This document shows positions 50,595-64,000 of a DNA stretch of 64,000 nucleotides, piece after piece; position 1 is the stretch's first letter; every line of letters begins with the position of its first letter. The translations under genes were made by a program, and so were the position numbers. The notes below the pieces were generated by a model, which made no database searches, was not told the origin of the DNA, and worked only from the letters and a program-made list of their open reading frames with translations. This DNA is from Mobula birostris (taxonomy: Eukaryota), in the NCBI RefSeq assembly GCF_030028105.1, contig NC_092371.1:132252766-132316765 (forward strand), given 5' to 3'.

Positions 50595-51295
50595 GTAAAT
50601 CAGAATCAAATTTATAATCACTGACAATGTCGTGAAATGTTTTGTGGCAGCAGTACAGTGCAATGCACAAAAATTACTATAAATTACAATAAGAATATAT
50701 CATATAAATATATAATGCAACAAGAGAACAAAATAGCAAAGTAGTATTCATGGATCATTCAAAAATTGGTTGGTAGAGGGGAAGAAGCTGTTCCTAGAAT
50801 ATTGATTATGAATCTTCAGGCTCCTGTTCACCTCGGTGATAGTAGTGAGGAGAAGAGGGCAAGTCCTGGGTGGTGAGGATCCTCCATAATGGATGCTGCT
50901 TTCTTGAGGCATCACCTTTTAAAGATGTCCTCGACGGTGAGGAGGATAGTGCACCCTGAGTTTATAACCACCTGCAGACTTTTCCAATCCTGTGCAGTGG
51001 CCCCTCCATACCAGATGCTGATGCAATGAATCAGAATGCTGTCCATGATACATACGTAGAAATATGCTGGTCTTTGGTGATATACTAAATTTCCTCAAAC
51101 TCCTAATGAAGTATAGTCTCTAACGTGCCTTCTTCATAATTCTATCAATATGTTGATCCCAGCGTATATCTTCAAAGATGTTGACACCCAGGAAGTTGAA
51201 ACTCCCCGCCCTTCCCACTGCTGATCTCTCAGTGAGGCCTGCTGTGTATTCTCCCTTGAATCAATTCCTTGGTCTTAGTGACATTGAGTGCAAGA
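50595..51295 (-). mobile_element. Rex1/L2-like LINE 3' fragment
   Basis: AATCAGAATCA tail (complement of a TTCTGATT repeat), GGGGAAGAAGCTGTTCC motif and a degenerate RT C-terminus. Confidence 0.55.
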
Positions 51296-51729
51296 GTGTT
51301 CTGGCAATTCTGAAGTGCATATCGAATTCCTTTGTGATTCTTTTTCCATCACCTTTACAGACAAGGTGTAGGTACTTTCTGTTAGAAAAGCACTTTCCTC
51401 TATCTTCCACATGTTAAACCACTCAATGTGATTCCTTTAACCATTTGCTTACAGCAACAGTTTCTCTCAATGTAAACCTGCTAAACCAATATTGATCTGG
51501 TACACCTTAACTGAAACTCATCTCAACCTTCTTTTGCTCCAAGGAGTACAATCCCAGCTTGCCCAGTCTAACCTTGAAGCTGGAATCTCTTCTGTGGAAC
51601 AGCTCCAATAAATATTTCATGCACCCTCTGTCACTACTATTGACTAGTGTAGCTTCAGGTCTAAGAATGTTATGTTTAAATAATCTTAATGTTTTTCTGG
51701 TAATGTTCTAAAATTATGCCGATACTTAG

Positions 51730-52095
<366 letters not shown>

Positions 52096-53042
52096 TGACC
52101 TTGAAATTCACAGCCAGTATCAGCACCATTACAAACCAGATTCTTATATCAAGTACTGTGATTTTTTTTAAACCCATGCAATATTCGTCAACCTTCCAAC
52201 ATCAGGAGTGTCTACGATAGTGTGTATCATTTGTTGTGCCACTTAGTGACATAAATTACTCGAGCACTGGCACCTGTTCTTCTAGCAGCCATCTTGATCC
52301 CACTGTGTAGCCTAGATGTCCCAGGTACTGTATTGCACTGTATCCAATGCCAATCTAAAGTTTTGTGTTGACTGCTCCCCCTTTTCTTCTGATTATGGGT
52401 CACTCTCTGGGCCACTGTTTCATTTGTAACCGTGGTGTAGACAAATTACAGAAGTTGTTCCTGTGTTACGTTCCAGTGTTAAAAAGAAACAACTCAATGT
52501 CCACAGTAAATTGTAAACAACAAATTGTAACTAAAAATGAAAAAAAAAACACCAATCCCTATCTCAGTCCTTCTGCTGCAAAAATGTTTATTCATGTCTT
52601 TGCCATCACTGGTCTTGAAATCTTATTGTTGCAGAAGTAAGTTCTGCATATAACCTGTCCCATATTAAACCTGATAGGTTCAAGTAATACTAGACACAGG
52701 AGATTCCACAAATGCTGGAAATCTTAAGCAACACCCACAAAATATTGGAGGAACTCAGCAAAGCCAGTAGCATCAATAGAGTGGAATAAACAGTCGATGT
52801 TTCAGGCCAAGTCCCTTCATTTGCACAAAGACCCAAAACATTGACTATTTCCTTCTTTACTTCCTTCCTGACTTGCTGAGTTTCTCCACTATTTTGTGTG
52901 GGCTGGTTTAAGTACCACTGCAATGCTCTGTGCTGAACTGCATTGCCTTCTCACCCATGTAACTGTTGTTGGGGAGTGTTCTGTTATTTTAAGGGCATCA
53001 ACTCAATAATTTGTCAAGCTAAATTTGGATTATCTGTTTTAG

Positions 53043-53150
<108 letters not shown>

Positions 53151-53856
53151 TAGGTGTGCTTTAATTTAAATGTTTTAGCTCTGTTTTTCTATTGATGGAT
53201 AAAGCTCTATAAATGATGATAGTTGTCTGGCTGACACCCCGGTTGTAGCAAAGCACTTAATAAGAGTGTTAGCAAATAGAATTTGATACCAAGGTTACAT
53301 TAAGGTATATAAGCAAGAGCTAACAAAGTCAGAGACATGGGTATTAAGCAGCAGCATTAAGATACAAAGGTTTGCGGAGGAACTCTGGCACTTGTGGAGC
53401 CACAAACACCAGTCTTCTTATTGGGCCCTTAGCTCCAGTGGAGCACAGGTTGTCGATGACCTCCTGGCTCCATCGTCCTTTGTTCTGAGCCAGTTTCTTT
53501 CTTTCTTTTTAAATCTTTTTATTGAATAAGTATACAAAAAGGTAAGCCATATAGGCACTAATACACTGTTAGAATATAATAAAATTACAGGAGATATTAA
53601 TACCAAAAAAATGATACAAACAATGTAATTTAAACATAACGTACCACTGTAACATAATGGTATACTAATTTTTATATATATATCAATAGAGAAAAGGAAA
53701 AAAAAAACCCAAAAAAAAACCCACCGTGCAACTAACTAAAAGCAAAGCAAAGCAATGGGCTAACTTGAAACCAAACAGAGTTAAAAAACTTAAAATCACG
53801 TCCTCAATCCCAACCTCCATTAAAAACAGTAAAAAAAAAAACAAGAAGGGTATATA

Positions 53857-56800
53857 TTACATTAAATGAAAATATTGAATAAAAGATCTCCAGGTCTGTT
53901 CAAATTTAAATGAGGAGTCATAAAGATTGCTTCTAATTTTCTCCAAATTCAAGCATAATATCGTCTGAGAAAACCAAAAAAAGGTAGTTGGAGCAGTAAG
54001 CTCTTTCCAATGTTGTAAGATACATCTTTTCTCCATTAAAGTAAGAAATGCAATCATTCTACGGGCTGAAGGAGAAAGATTACTGGAAATTTTAGGTAGT
54101 CTAAAGATAGCAGTAATAGGGTGAGGAGAGATATCTATATTCAATACCTTGGAGATAATATTAAAAATGTCTCTCCAAAAAGTTTCCAGTGTAGGACAAG
54201 ACCAAAACATACGAGTTAAAGAGGCTATCTGCCCCGGACATCTATCACAAAAAGGATTAATATGAGAATAAAAGCGAGCTAATTTATCTTTGGACATATG
54301 TGCTCTATGAACAACTTTAAATTGAATTACGGAATGTTTAGCACAGATAGAGGAAGTATTTACTAATTGTAAAATCTGCCCCCAGTCATCCACGGAAATA
54401 ATAGATCCCAATTCTTGTTCCCAATCTGACCTAATCTTATCAAATGGAGCTTTCCTAAGTTTCATAATAATGTTATAAATAATAGCCGATGCACCTTTCT
54501 GACATGGATTAAGGTTAATTATAGTATCTAAAATGTATGTAGGAGGAAGCATTGGAAAGGAAGAAAGTATAGTACTTAGGAAATTTCTAACTTGTAGATA
54601 TCTAAAAAAATGTATTCTTGATAAATTATATTTATTAGATAATTGTTCAAAAGACATAAGGGAACCATCTAAAAATAAATCCAAAAAGCATGAAATACCC
54701 TCAGTCTTCCAAATTTGAAAAGCACGATCCGTAAAAGAGGGAGGAAAAAATATGTTACCTAAAATAGGAATTGCTAGCCCAAATTGGTTAAGATCAAAAA
54801 ATTTTGTGAATTGAAACCAAATACATAAGGTATATTTAACTATTGGGTTAGACACCTGTTTAAGGCGTTTCAAATCAAAAGGAGAGGAACCTAAAATGGA
54901 GCCAAGTGTATACCCCTGAACAGATTGTAATTCCAATGCCACCCATTTAGGAATGGATAGTATATCCTGGTCAAGTAACCAAAATTTCATATGTCGAATA
55001 TTAATTGCCCAATAATAAAATCTAAAGTTAGGTAATGCTAAGCCTCCATCTCTCTTAGCTTTCTGTAAATGTATTTTACCCAGTCTCGGGTTTTTATTTT
55101 GCCAAATAAATGAAGAAATTTTGGAGTCAACGTTATCAAAAAAAGATTTTGGAACAAAAATTGGTAATGCCTGAAATATATATAAAAATTTTGGCAAAAA
55201 AAACATCTTAACTGCATTAATACGACCAATCAAAGTTAAATATAAAGGAAACCATTTAGATGAATGTTGAATAATATGGTCAATTAAGGGTAAAAAGTTA
55301 ATCTTAAATAAATCTTTGTATTTACAAGTAATTTTAATCCCAAGATATGAAAAATAATTATTAATCAATTTAAATGGAAAGCTATGATATAAGGGAAGTT
55401 GTTTATTAATCGGGAAAAGTTCACTCTTACTGAGATTTAATTTATAACCTGAAAAAAGACCAAATTGTGCTAATAGCTCTAAAACAGCAGGGATGGATTT
55501 TTGGGGATTAGAAATATATAAAAGTAAGTCATCAGCATAGAGTGATATTTTATGGGACTTTAAGCCCCGAGTTATCCCAGTAATATTTGGAGATTCTCAA
55601 ATGGCAATTGCAAGAGGTTCTAATGCAATATCAAATAATAAAGGACAAAGAGGACACCCTTGTCGAGTACCTCGAAAAAGAGGGAAAAAAGGTGAGCTTA
55701 GAGAGTTAGTACGGACCGAGGCCACAGGAGAATGATATAACAATTTAATCCAGGATATAAATTTCGAGCTAAAATTAAACATTTCAAGCACCTTAAATAA
55801 ATAAGGCCATTCTACTCTATCAAAAGCTTTCTCAGCATCTAAAGAGATAACACACTCAGGAACATTTTGTGAGGGAGTATAAACAATAATTAACAGTGTG
55901 CGAATATTATAAAAAGAGTAACGACCTTTAATAAAACCCGTTTGGTCTTCCAAAATAATAAAAGGAAGTACTTTTTCTAATCTATTTGCTAATAACTTAG
56001 AAAAAACTTTAGAATCAACATTTAATAAAGATATTGGTCTATAAGATGCACATTGAGCAGGATCTTTATCCTTCTTTAATATTAGAGAGATTGACGCTCT
56101 ATTGAAAGATTCAGGAAGTTTACCAAGTCTTAATGAAGCCTCAAAAACCCTACAGAGCCAAGGGATTAATGAAGGTGCGAAACATTTATAAAATTCTACA
56201 GTAAACCCATCAGGGCCAGGAGCTTTCCCCAAATTCATAGAGAAAATAACATTCTTAATCTCATCCGTGGTAATGGGAGTATCTAACATAGAAGACATAT
56301 CCTGTGAAATCTCAGGGAAGTCTAGATTATCTAAAAAATCATTCATATATTTAGAATCTCGAGGAGACTCTGATTGGTATAAGGAAGAATAAAAATCACA
56401 GAAAGTTTGATTAATCCCCACATGATCAAGTATCAGTCGGTCATTTTGGTTATAAATCTGATTAATTTGAGATTTAGCATAATTAGACTTCAGTTGATTA
56501 GCCAACAGTTTGCCAATTTTGTCACTGTGTACATAAAATTCACTTCTTGTTTTCTTTAATTGGTTTACAATCGAGGACGAAAGTAATAAACTGTGTTCCA
56601 TTTGAAGTTCAGTTCTTTGTTTATATAACTCCTCAGAAGGAGCTATAACATATTTCTTATCAATTTCCTTAATCTTGTCCACGATTGCCAGCTCCTCCTG
56701 CTTCAGCTTTTTCCTCAAAGCAGCAGAATACGAGATAATCTGACCACGAATATAAGCTTTAAAAGTATCCCAAAGAATGTTCACAGAAATATCCTCTGTA

Positions 56801-57723
56801 TAGTTAATTGTAAAAAAAAAGATCAATCTGTTCATTCATAAAGTTAACAAAGTCCGAGTCCTGAAGCAACAGCGAATTAAAACGCCATTGTCTATTATTT
56901 TGTGTATTGGCCTGAATTTTAATAGAAAGCTTAAGTGGAGCATGATCCAAAATGGTTATAGAGTCATAATCACATTTAATCACTGAAGAAATAAGACGAG
57001 AATCAATAGAGAAATAATCAATTCTTGAATAGGAATGGTGAACATGTGGAAAAAAAAGAAAAATCTTTTTCCTGAGGGTGCAAAAAACGCCAAATGTCCG
57101 TCGACCCAGAATCAGAGAGGAATGAATTAATCAAAGTTGCAGATTTATTAGGTAAGGTCCGTAGAGGAGCCGAACGGTCCAAAGCTGGAGATAAACAGGT
57201 ATTAAGATCTCTGCCCCAGGTCAATGAAAACTCATTCAAATTCGAGAACTGATTGAATAATGATTTATAAGATTCCGGACAGTCCATATTAGGAGCATAA
57301 ACATTAACCAAAACTACCTTTTTATTAAATAGTAGACCACTAACCAATAGAACTTGATTGAACTTCCATTCGGATCAGAAATAAACATTAACCAAAACTA
57401 CCTTTTTATTAAATAGTAGACCACTAACCAATAGAACTTGATTGAACTTCCATTCGGATCAGAAATAATATCATGTTGTATAAAAGTAACTGAGGAGTCT
57501 ATAAAAATAGAGACGCCTCGAATCTTAGCATGGAGTTCGAATGAAGCTGTTGATCCTTCCAGAATTTAAAAAAACGTAGTCTGTCCCCCCTTCGCACATG
57601 GGTCTCTTGTAAAAATAAAATTTGTGCTTTAAGTCTCCGGAACACTTGAAAAACTTTTTTCCTTTTAATAGGATGATTAAGACCATTAGTATTCCAGGAG
57701 ACAAAATTAATAATAGACTCCAT
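53857..57723 (-). pseudogene. L1 ORF2p, disrupted
   Basis: SWNTNGL, FLQETH, GPDGF, YRPISLL, GTRQGCP, LYADD and CDRC..MFWSC motifs. Stops, frameshifts and an 84-bp internal duplication. Confidence 0.9.
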
Positions 57724-58435
57724 AAACCCTAAAGTCAACCCGCAACAAGGAGGATTGACGATAGGCTCGACCCACGAACCCGGAAAGGGAACAGAACATA
57801 CAAGAGATACCGGGAAGAAGAACGCAACCAATACTTCAATAATGTACATAGCCCAAGAAGAAAGAAACCAAAACGTGAAGCCCCTCCCACCACCCCCCAC
57901 CCCATGACCCCAAGGCTAAATCTAATGCAGACCAGCCCGAAAGAAGCAAGCACTAAAACTACCCCCATGACTTCCGGTACACGCTCCCTAGAAAAAGCGT
58001 AAATATAAAAAAAGATCAGCTAATTATAAAACAGTAAGAGAATAAAAAAAGGTAACTCAATTAAAACAAACACATAATATAACAGAGTAAAAGCCAGAAA
58101 ATATAAAAAAACCGCAACAAACCCCAAACCCTATAAGTAAACAAAACAAAAAAGAATGAGATTATTAACATAAACTAGTTATGAAAACCTACAAAACAAA
58201 GTAGATTTAAAAAACTACAAAATTTAAGGCCACAAAGGAAATACGTAAAATGACGGTGAGGGAATAACCACCCAGAATCTCCTGGGAAAAAGAAAGGAAT
58301 GACGTAGTTAAAAAAGAAAGTTTAGCAACCATATTAAATAATCAAAAATAAACTTTTCTGCCCATATAGGACAAAAAAAAATTAAGACTGACAAATTCAC
58401 AACCTCCGATCAACGGAGATAGTTAAAAATTACGA

Positions 58436-59299
58436 TTAAGATGTTAAAGGTGAAAATTGATCCAGATAACTCTGGGCATCCGATGGAGATTCAAAAAAAT
58501 GGAGGGCTCCATCCGACGTACGAATCCTTAGATATGCAGGGTAGAGCAGCGCTGGTTTTAAATCCATCTTGTAGAGTTCCGACATCACAGATCTGTAACG
58601 AACCCGTTGATCCCGGATTGGTTTACTGAAATCCTCCACGAATCGGAACTTAAGATCCAGAAAATCAATGTAACCTTTAGATCGAACGAAATGAAACAGT
58701 TTCTCCTTGTCTTGAAAGTAATGAAGACGTAAAATGACATGTCGAGGTTTATCTGACCTAAGCGAGTATGATGGAACTCTGTGAACACGATCCAATAACG
58801 GTGGTTGGTCAGGAAATACAGTAGGAAATGCATCTTTTAAAAGTTGAGAAAAATACTTCATAGGGTTATCAGATTCAACAGCTTCACGCACCCCAATCAT
58901 TTGAAGATTCTGCTGTCGCATTCTGGATTCTAAGTCAGAGTTTTTAAAGGTCAGAAAGTCGAGTTTCTTCTTCATTACATTAATTGTTTCTTTGATTTTC
59001 TCCATCTTGAGCTCACTTTGTTGCGTGGATTTTTGAAGATCAGATATAGCCGACTGATGTTCCGTAATAGATATTTGTATCTTCTCGATTGAATTGGCAA
59101 TTTTCTGGAAACTAATTGAAATTTCATCACGAATCAGCTCCGTAATAGAGGTTGAAATTTCCCTTTGAATTAGCTCCGATATAGCTTTCAAAGTCACCGG
59201 TGGTTCAGTCGGAGGGAAATCGGTACCTTTCGGTCTACCCGGAGGTTTGCCGTCCTTCCCGTTTTTTCCATTCTTAGGCATAGCAGACCTTAAACGCAT
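58436..59299 (-). CDS. L1 ORF1p, open frame (287 aa from the ATG at 59299)
   Basis: DLESRMRQQNLQMIGV, LDRVHR and LLYPAYLRI motifs; no internal stop. Confidence 0.7.
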   Translation of the reverse strand: MRLRSAMPKNGKNGKDGKPPGRPKGTDFPPTEPPVTLKAISELIQREISTSITELIRDEISISFQKIANSIEKIQISITEHQSAISDLQKSTQQSELKMEKIKETINVMKKKLDFLTFKNSDLESRMRQQNLQMIGVREAVESDNPMKYFSQLLKDAFPTVFPDQPPLLDRVHRVPSYSLRSDKPRHVILRLHYFQDKEKLFHFVRSKGYIDFLDLKFRFVEDFSKPIRDQRVRYRSVMSELYKMDLKPALLYPAYLRIRTSDGALHFFESPSDAQSYLDQFSPLTS

Positions 59300-59454
59300 C
59301 CGATTATCAAAGAGCCCAATTTGTTTCAAATTATTGTAAAAGTCGATGCCTTAGTGGTTAATTAAAATATAGCTGATCATAAGAAGAAAAACTCAGAGGT
59401 AATGGAGCGAGTCAAGAATGCGACTTCACTCCATGAGCGCTACCGGAAGTCCTC

Positions 59455-59985
59455 CTGAGCCAGTTTCTTGTAGGTGGACTAGGAGTGTCTCCATCATCCA
59501 ATTTTGGCATTGACATCTCTCCTCCATGTGTTCTTTGGATGTCCGTTTTTCCTCTTTCCTCTTCCATTTTAACGCCTGCCTGGTGATGTTAGTTGCTTCC
59601 TCAAAGTGTGGCCAAACCTCCTCCATTTCCGTTTCCATGTTTTTATCTCTATGTAGATTTTTGTTGGTGTTTTCCCATAGTTTCTGGTTGGTTACTTTGT
59701 CAGTCCTTCTGATGTTTAGGACCCTTCTCAGGCACTGGTTGATGAAAGCCTGCAGTTTTTGTCATGTCTTTGTTGTTCTCCAGGTTTCAAACCCATATAG
59801 AAGCGCTATTTTAAGATTTGAATTAAAAATTCTGTTTTGGTTTTCCTTGATATGATTCTGGATGTCCACACTTTCTTCAAGATGTTGAAAACGACTGTGG
59901 TCTTGTTGATCCTGACTTTGACATCCTCATCTGTTCCACCATAAATACCCATAATGCTTCCAAGACGGACAAAGGGGAGCCATTA
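59455..59985 (-). mobile_element. RTE-clade LINE fragment, split by the L1; its 3' end lies at about 53410-53499
   Basis: NITRQALKW..KR and LQAFINQCLRRVLNI motifs. The sequence is continuous across the L1 TSD. Confidence 0.7.
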
Positions 59986-60855
59986 AATTCTGGGATAATT
60001 GTCAGTTATGTCATGGGTATGTGGTCCAAAATTATATTTTAAAAAAATACAGAAGCAGGTCATTCACCCTAAATTAAGTTACTTATCCTCCACATTATCT
60101 GTAGTTGAGGTTCTGTAGACCTGAGTTATTGCCATATTCTTTGTCCCACTTCTATTGCAGCAACTCCATCCATTCTTCAGAGTATATACATCTTTTAAAA
60201 CTAATCCCAACAATGTACTGCTTTTCCTGTTTTCTTAAAGTTCCCTTCTCTGCCCTAAATAACATGCATTTGATCTTGTACCATTTATGCAAATACTCAA
60301 ATTGAACTAGATTTATTTTTAAGTGCAACTTTATGGTTGTTGATCATAATTGCATGACGTCCGTGAAGTTTGTACAACTGTCTATTTTAATTACTCTTGT
60401 TAATGGTTTATATCACTTTCCTATTAATTATTTTCTGTAATTTTCCTGTTGCTCAAGGTAGTTCATGCCTTTTAGAAATATGTAAAGCATATTCAGTACC
60501 TTGAGCGCTGATGTAAGATTCCTGAGTTTATCTGTGTTTCAAGTTTAATGAGCCCTTCTCTCAATAGAAAATGTTGAAAAGAGTCAACGGGTTGGAAGGT
60601 CAGGCAACACCTATAGAGCTAATATTTTGCATCAGAACAGCATTCAAGCAGTGCAGTCTCGTCCCTCTGCCCCCACATAAACTTCCTGACTTACTGAGTT
60701 CCTCCAGCATTTTGGTTTTTTCTTTTTTTTTGCTCCAATTACAACACCTGTAGTCTCTTGTGTCTCCATTCTACCTAATTTTTGGTCTGATACTGTACTA
60801 TTTGGACTCATTTAAGTCTAGACTCTCACATGTTCTACTTTGTTTACAATTCCAG

Positions 60856-60901
60856 ATTGGTGGAGTCTCTAATTCCAGTCCGGATGATTACTTTCCCTCA
60901 G
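60856..60901 (+). CDS. YIPF3: YIPF3 exon 4
   Basis: LVESLIPVRMITFPQ; CAG/GT boundaries; 46 nt, in phase with neighbouring exons. Confidence 0.93.
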
Positions 60902-61400
60902 GTCTGTTTAATTAAATTTCTATTTGTAACCTACTAGCCACTCATCCTTACCTGTTGGGGACTATTACCTGGAAAGACAGCCTATTAACATTGTACCTAC
61001 TGTAAATATTTTGAATATAAACTAACCAAAGTGATTTTATTAGACGTACATTTATCTAATGTGGTGAGCAGAAGGAGGAGAGGAGACTATCACATTGGAA
61101 ATCTGGTTTCCATGGCCTCCCAGAAACTGGGACGAGGGGTGAGGATCAACTGAAAATTTTGAAACTAAGGTTGCTAGGTTTTTTTTTTTTTTTACTTGCG
61201 AAGAACTTTAAAGTAGTTTGATAGAATTAAAGAACATACTTGAAGATTGACTAGGATAACGGGTCAAAAGGGCTGACTAGCCTCTTCCTGATACCTTAGA
61301 ACCAAATATCTTGGCTTTTAGTTTGTTTAATGCCAGTGTTTGGGAGAAATGTTCTACTAGGGATTTAAAGAATGGCATTTATTGTGTCTTTCTCTCCTAG

Positions 61401-61514
<114 letters not shown>

Positions 61515-61649
61515 TGAATAAAAGGTTGTCACTGTTTAAGGACAATTATGGATTGGCAGATGGTCCCAGTGTACTATACATAAGTAATAATCAATGTTTT
61601 CAGAAAAGTACTATGCAATACATAGGGATCTTTCAAAGATAGGCAAATT

Positions 61650-62800
61650 TTGTTCTTGCCACTTATGACTCCACCCACTGCGTGAAGAAGAGTTGCCCCT
61701 CAGGCCTATAAGGTCGCCCCTAAGTCTCCTACATTCTAAAGAATAAAGTGCTAGCCTGCCCAACCTCTCTCTTTAACTCAGCCCCTTCTTATACACACTT
61801 TACAGTTTAATCACATCCTTCCTATAACGGTGACCAAACTGCACACAATACTCCAAAAGCAGTCTCACAAACATCTTGTACATCTGCAACATTATGCCCA
61901 AACATAATGAAGGCCTGCATGCCAAAGGCCTTCCTCACCAATCCATCTACACTTTCAACAAACTATATACTTGTGGAGCAGAGAGACCCAGGATATAACA
62001 CTGTGAAGGCCCTACCATTCACTGTAAAAGTCCTATCTTGGTTTGTCTTCCCAATGCAGCATCTCACACTAATCTGATTGAATGCCATTTGCCAATCCTC
62101 AGCCCACTTACCTCAGTGATTAAGATCTTCCTAAAATTTTTGATAACTTTCTTCTCTGTCTACAGTACCACCTATTTTAGTACCATCTAGCTACACTTAC
62201 TAGTTACACCTTGTCTGTTCATGTCCAGTGTATGAAAGTCTCCTGTGGCACACCAATAGTCACTGGCCTCCAGTCTGAGAAACAGCCTTCCTGCGCCACC
62301 CTGTGCTTCCCAGCCTGGAGCCAATGATGAATGTGTTGAGCTGACTCTCCCTGTATCCCATGCATTCTACCTTCCAGACCAGCCTCTGTCCACTGCCCTG
62401 CCCTCATCTATCCTGTTGGTTTCTTCAAATAAGTTCTAACAGATTTGTCAGACAAGATTTCCCACTCTCAAAGCTGTGTTCACTAATCCTAATCAGATCT
62501 TGTCCATTCAAATGCTGGTTGGTTCTGTTTCTCATCACAAACAGTAACTTAACCGTCAGTGATGTCAGAGTTACTGGTTCCCTGACATATTTTTGCTGTC
62601 CTCCTTAAATAACAGCTTAACAGTAGCCATCTTCCAGAATTTCACCTGTGCCCAAAGGCAAAACAAACATCTCTGCAAGGGTCTCCGCAATTTCTTAACT
62701 AACTTCACACAACTCCAAGGATGCCCTTGTTCAGACAAGATTTATCCACCTGAATGTGCTTTAAGACCACCTGTACCTCCTTGGTAATTTATTTGTGGAC
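61650..62800 (-). mobile_element. Degenerate CR1 LINE fragment
   Basis: EGCFSDWRPVTIGVPQ and related CR1 RT motifs on the minus strand. Confidence 0.6.
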
Positions 62801-63145
62801 CAAGACTTCACTACTCATTTGTACCAATTCCTTTTCATATTATAAGGGATAAGCTGCCAGAGGAAGTGGTTAAGACAGGTACAATAACAACATTTAAAAG
62901 ACACTGGACAGATGCATTGATAGTCAAGGTTTAGAGGGATATGGGTCAAACAGAAGGAAATGGGTCTGGTATGGTTTCACTTCTCGGTTGGCATGCTTCT
63001 GTGAGGTATTATTTTATGACTCCAAATTAACAGATGTAGACTGATAAACATGATCCAAATGGATTCACTGATTGATCACAAGTGAAATGGGAGATGTCCT
63101 GCAGAGACGGAGTTCAACAAATCCAAAAAGGGACATCTGAAATAA

Positions 63146-63420
63146 GGGCCGTGCATCAGTGCAGCTGGTAGACCCACTGCCTCTCACAACCAGGGACCCG
63201 AGTTCACCCCTCACCCTGGGTGCTGTCTGTGTGGAGTTTCTTGTTTCTCCCTGTGACCATGTGAGCTTCTCCTAGGTGCTCTGTCTCCTCCCATGTCCTA
63301 AAGACGTACAGGTTCTTTGGTTAATTGGTCCTACTGTGTCGATGAGTGGTAGAATCTTGGGGGAACTGATGAGAATATGTGGAGAATAAGTGCAGGGCTG
63401 GTGTAAATTGGTAGTTGGTA
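63146..63420 (+). mobile_element. HE1/V-SINE-like SINE
   Basis: tRNA-like head (GGGACCCGAGTTCA) followed by the core GTGGAGTTT..TTCTCCCTGTGACC. Confidence 0.6.
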
Positions 63421-63539
63421 GTTTGCACCGACTGAATAGTTCTACTCTAAAACAGAAATAGCCAACAGGTCCTGTAGAATAAGAAACGGCACCAATGTTT
63501 CAGTCCTGTGAAATCAAGGAAAATTGGAAACATTGAAAA

Positions 63540-64000
63540 TTACAATGCTGTGTAGAGTTTTGTTTACCCTGTTATAGGAATCAATGGGTTAAACTCAAAA
63601 GAATACAGAAAAGATTTATGGGGCTGTTGCTAGGATTAGAGGGCCTTAGTTATGGGGAGAGGTTGGCCAGGCTCATTCTTTATAGGAAAATGAAGGGGAC
63701 CTTACTGAAGTGTTAGAAATCGAGAGGCACGTATAAGGTGGATGGTAACAACCGTTTCCCCAGGGTAGGATAGTCTAAATCTAGCAAGCATAGGTTTAGG
63801 CTGAAAGGGAGAAGATTTAAAAGGGGACCTGGAGGGCAACATTTTTTAAGCAGAGGGTGATGAATATCTGGGACGAGCTGCCAAAGGAAGTAGTTGAGGC
63901 AGGTACAGTAGTATCATTTATGAAGCCCTTGGATAGGTACAGGGATGGGCAGGGTTGGCATGGAGTAGTTGGGCTGAAGGACCTGTATCCATGCTGTGTT
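63540..64000 (+). mobile_element. CR1 LINE 3' end
   Basis: Typical CR1 3' region ending GGGCTGAAGGACCTGT..CCATGCTGT. Confidence 0.6.

Larger units (their letters stand above)
53500..59454 (-). mobile_element. Near full-length L1-clade LINE (about 5.95 kb, second family) in YIPF3 intron 3, antisense to the gene
   Basis: 15-bp TSD CTGAGCCAGTTTCTT (53485-53499 and 59455-59469), an AATAAA/A-rich tail at about 53500-53523, ORF1 and ORF2. Confidence 0.95.

Overview
Eukaryotic (vertebrate) genomic DNA, not prokaryotic. The mix of repeats (HE1/V-SINE-like SINEs, abundant CR1, Penelope remnants, L1, Rex1/Babar) suggests a cartilaginous fish, probably a ray; that assignment is inference. Three spliced host genes can be rebuilt from the sequence. 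MIA3/TANGO1 has exons 1-2 here (minus strand, continuing off the left edge). POLR1C is complete, with 9 coding exons (minus strand, 1044 nt, 347 aa). YIPF3 has exons 1-5 here (plus strand, continuing off the right edge) and sits head-to-head with POLR1C across a 170-bp CpG-rich promoter. Most of the rest is transposon-derived. It includes two near full-length L1-clade LINEs with TSDs, an env-less class I-like ERV remnant with a Chapaev3 DNA transposon nested in its RNase H, a solo LTR, Tigger-like, hAT and Harbinger MITEs, Penelope remnants with a minimal hammerhead-ribozyme motif, several SINE families, and a roughly 40-copy 32-bp C-rich minisatellite beside the bidirectional promoter. I see no convincing wholly new protein-coding system. 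The best leads are the mobile-element and regulatory observations below. Exon, TSD and TIR coordinates were read base by base; boundaries of degraded repeats are approximate.
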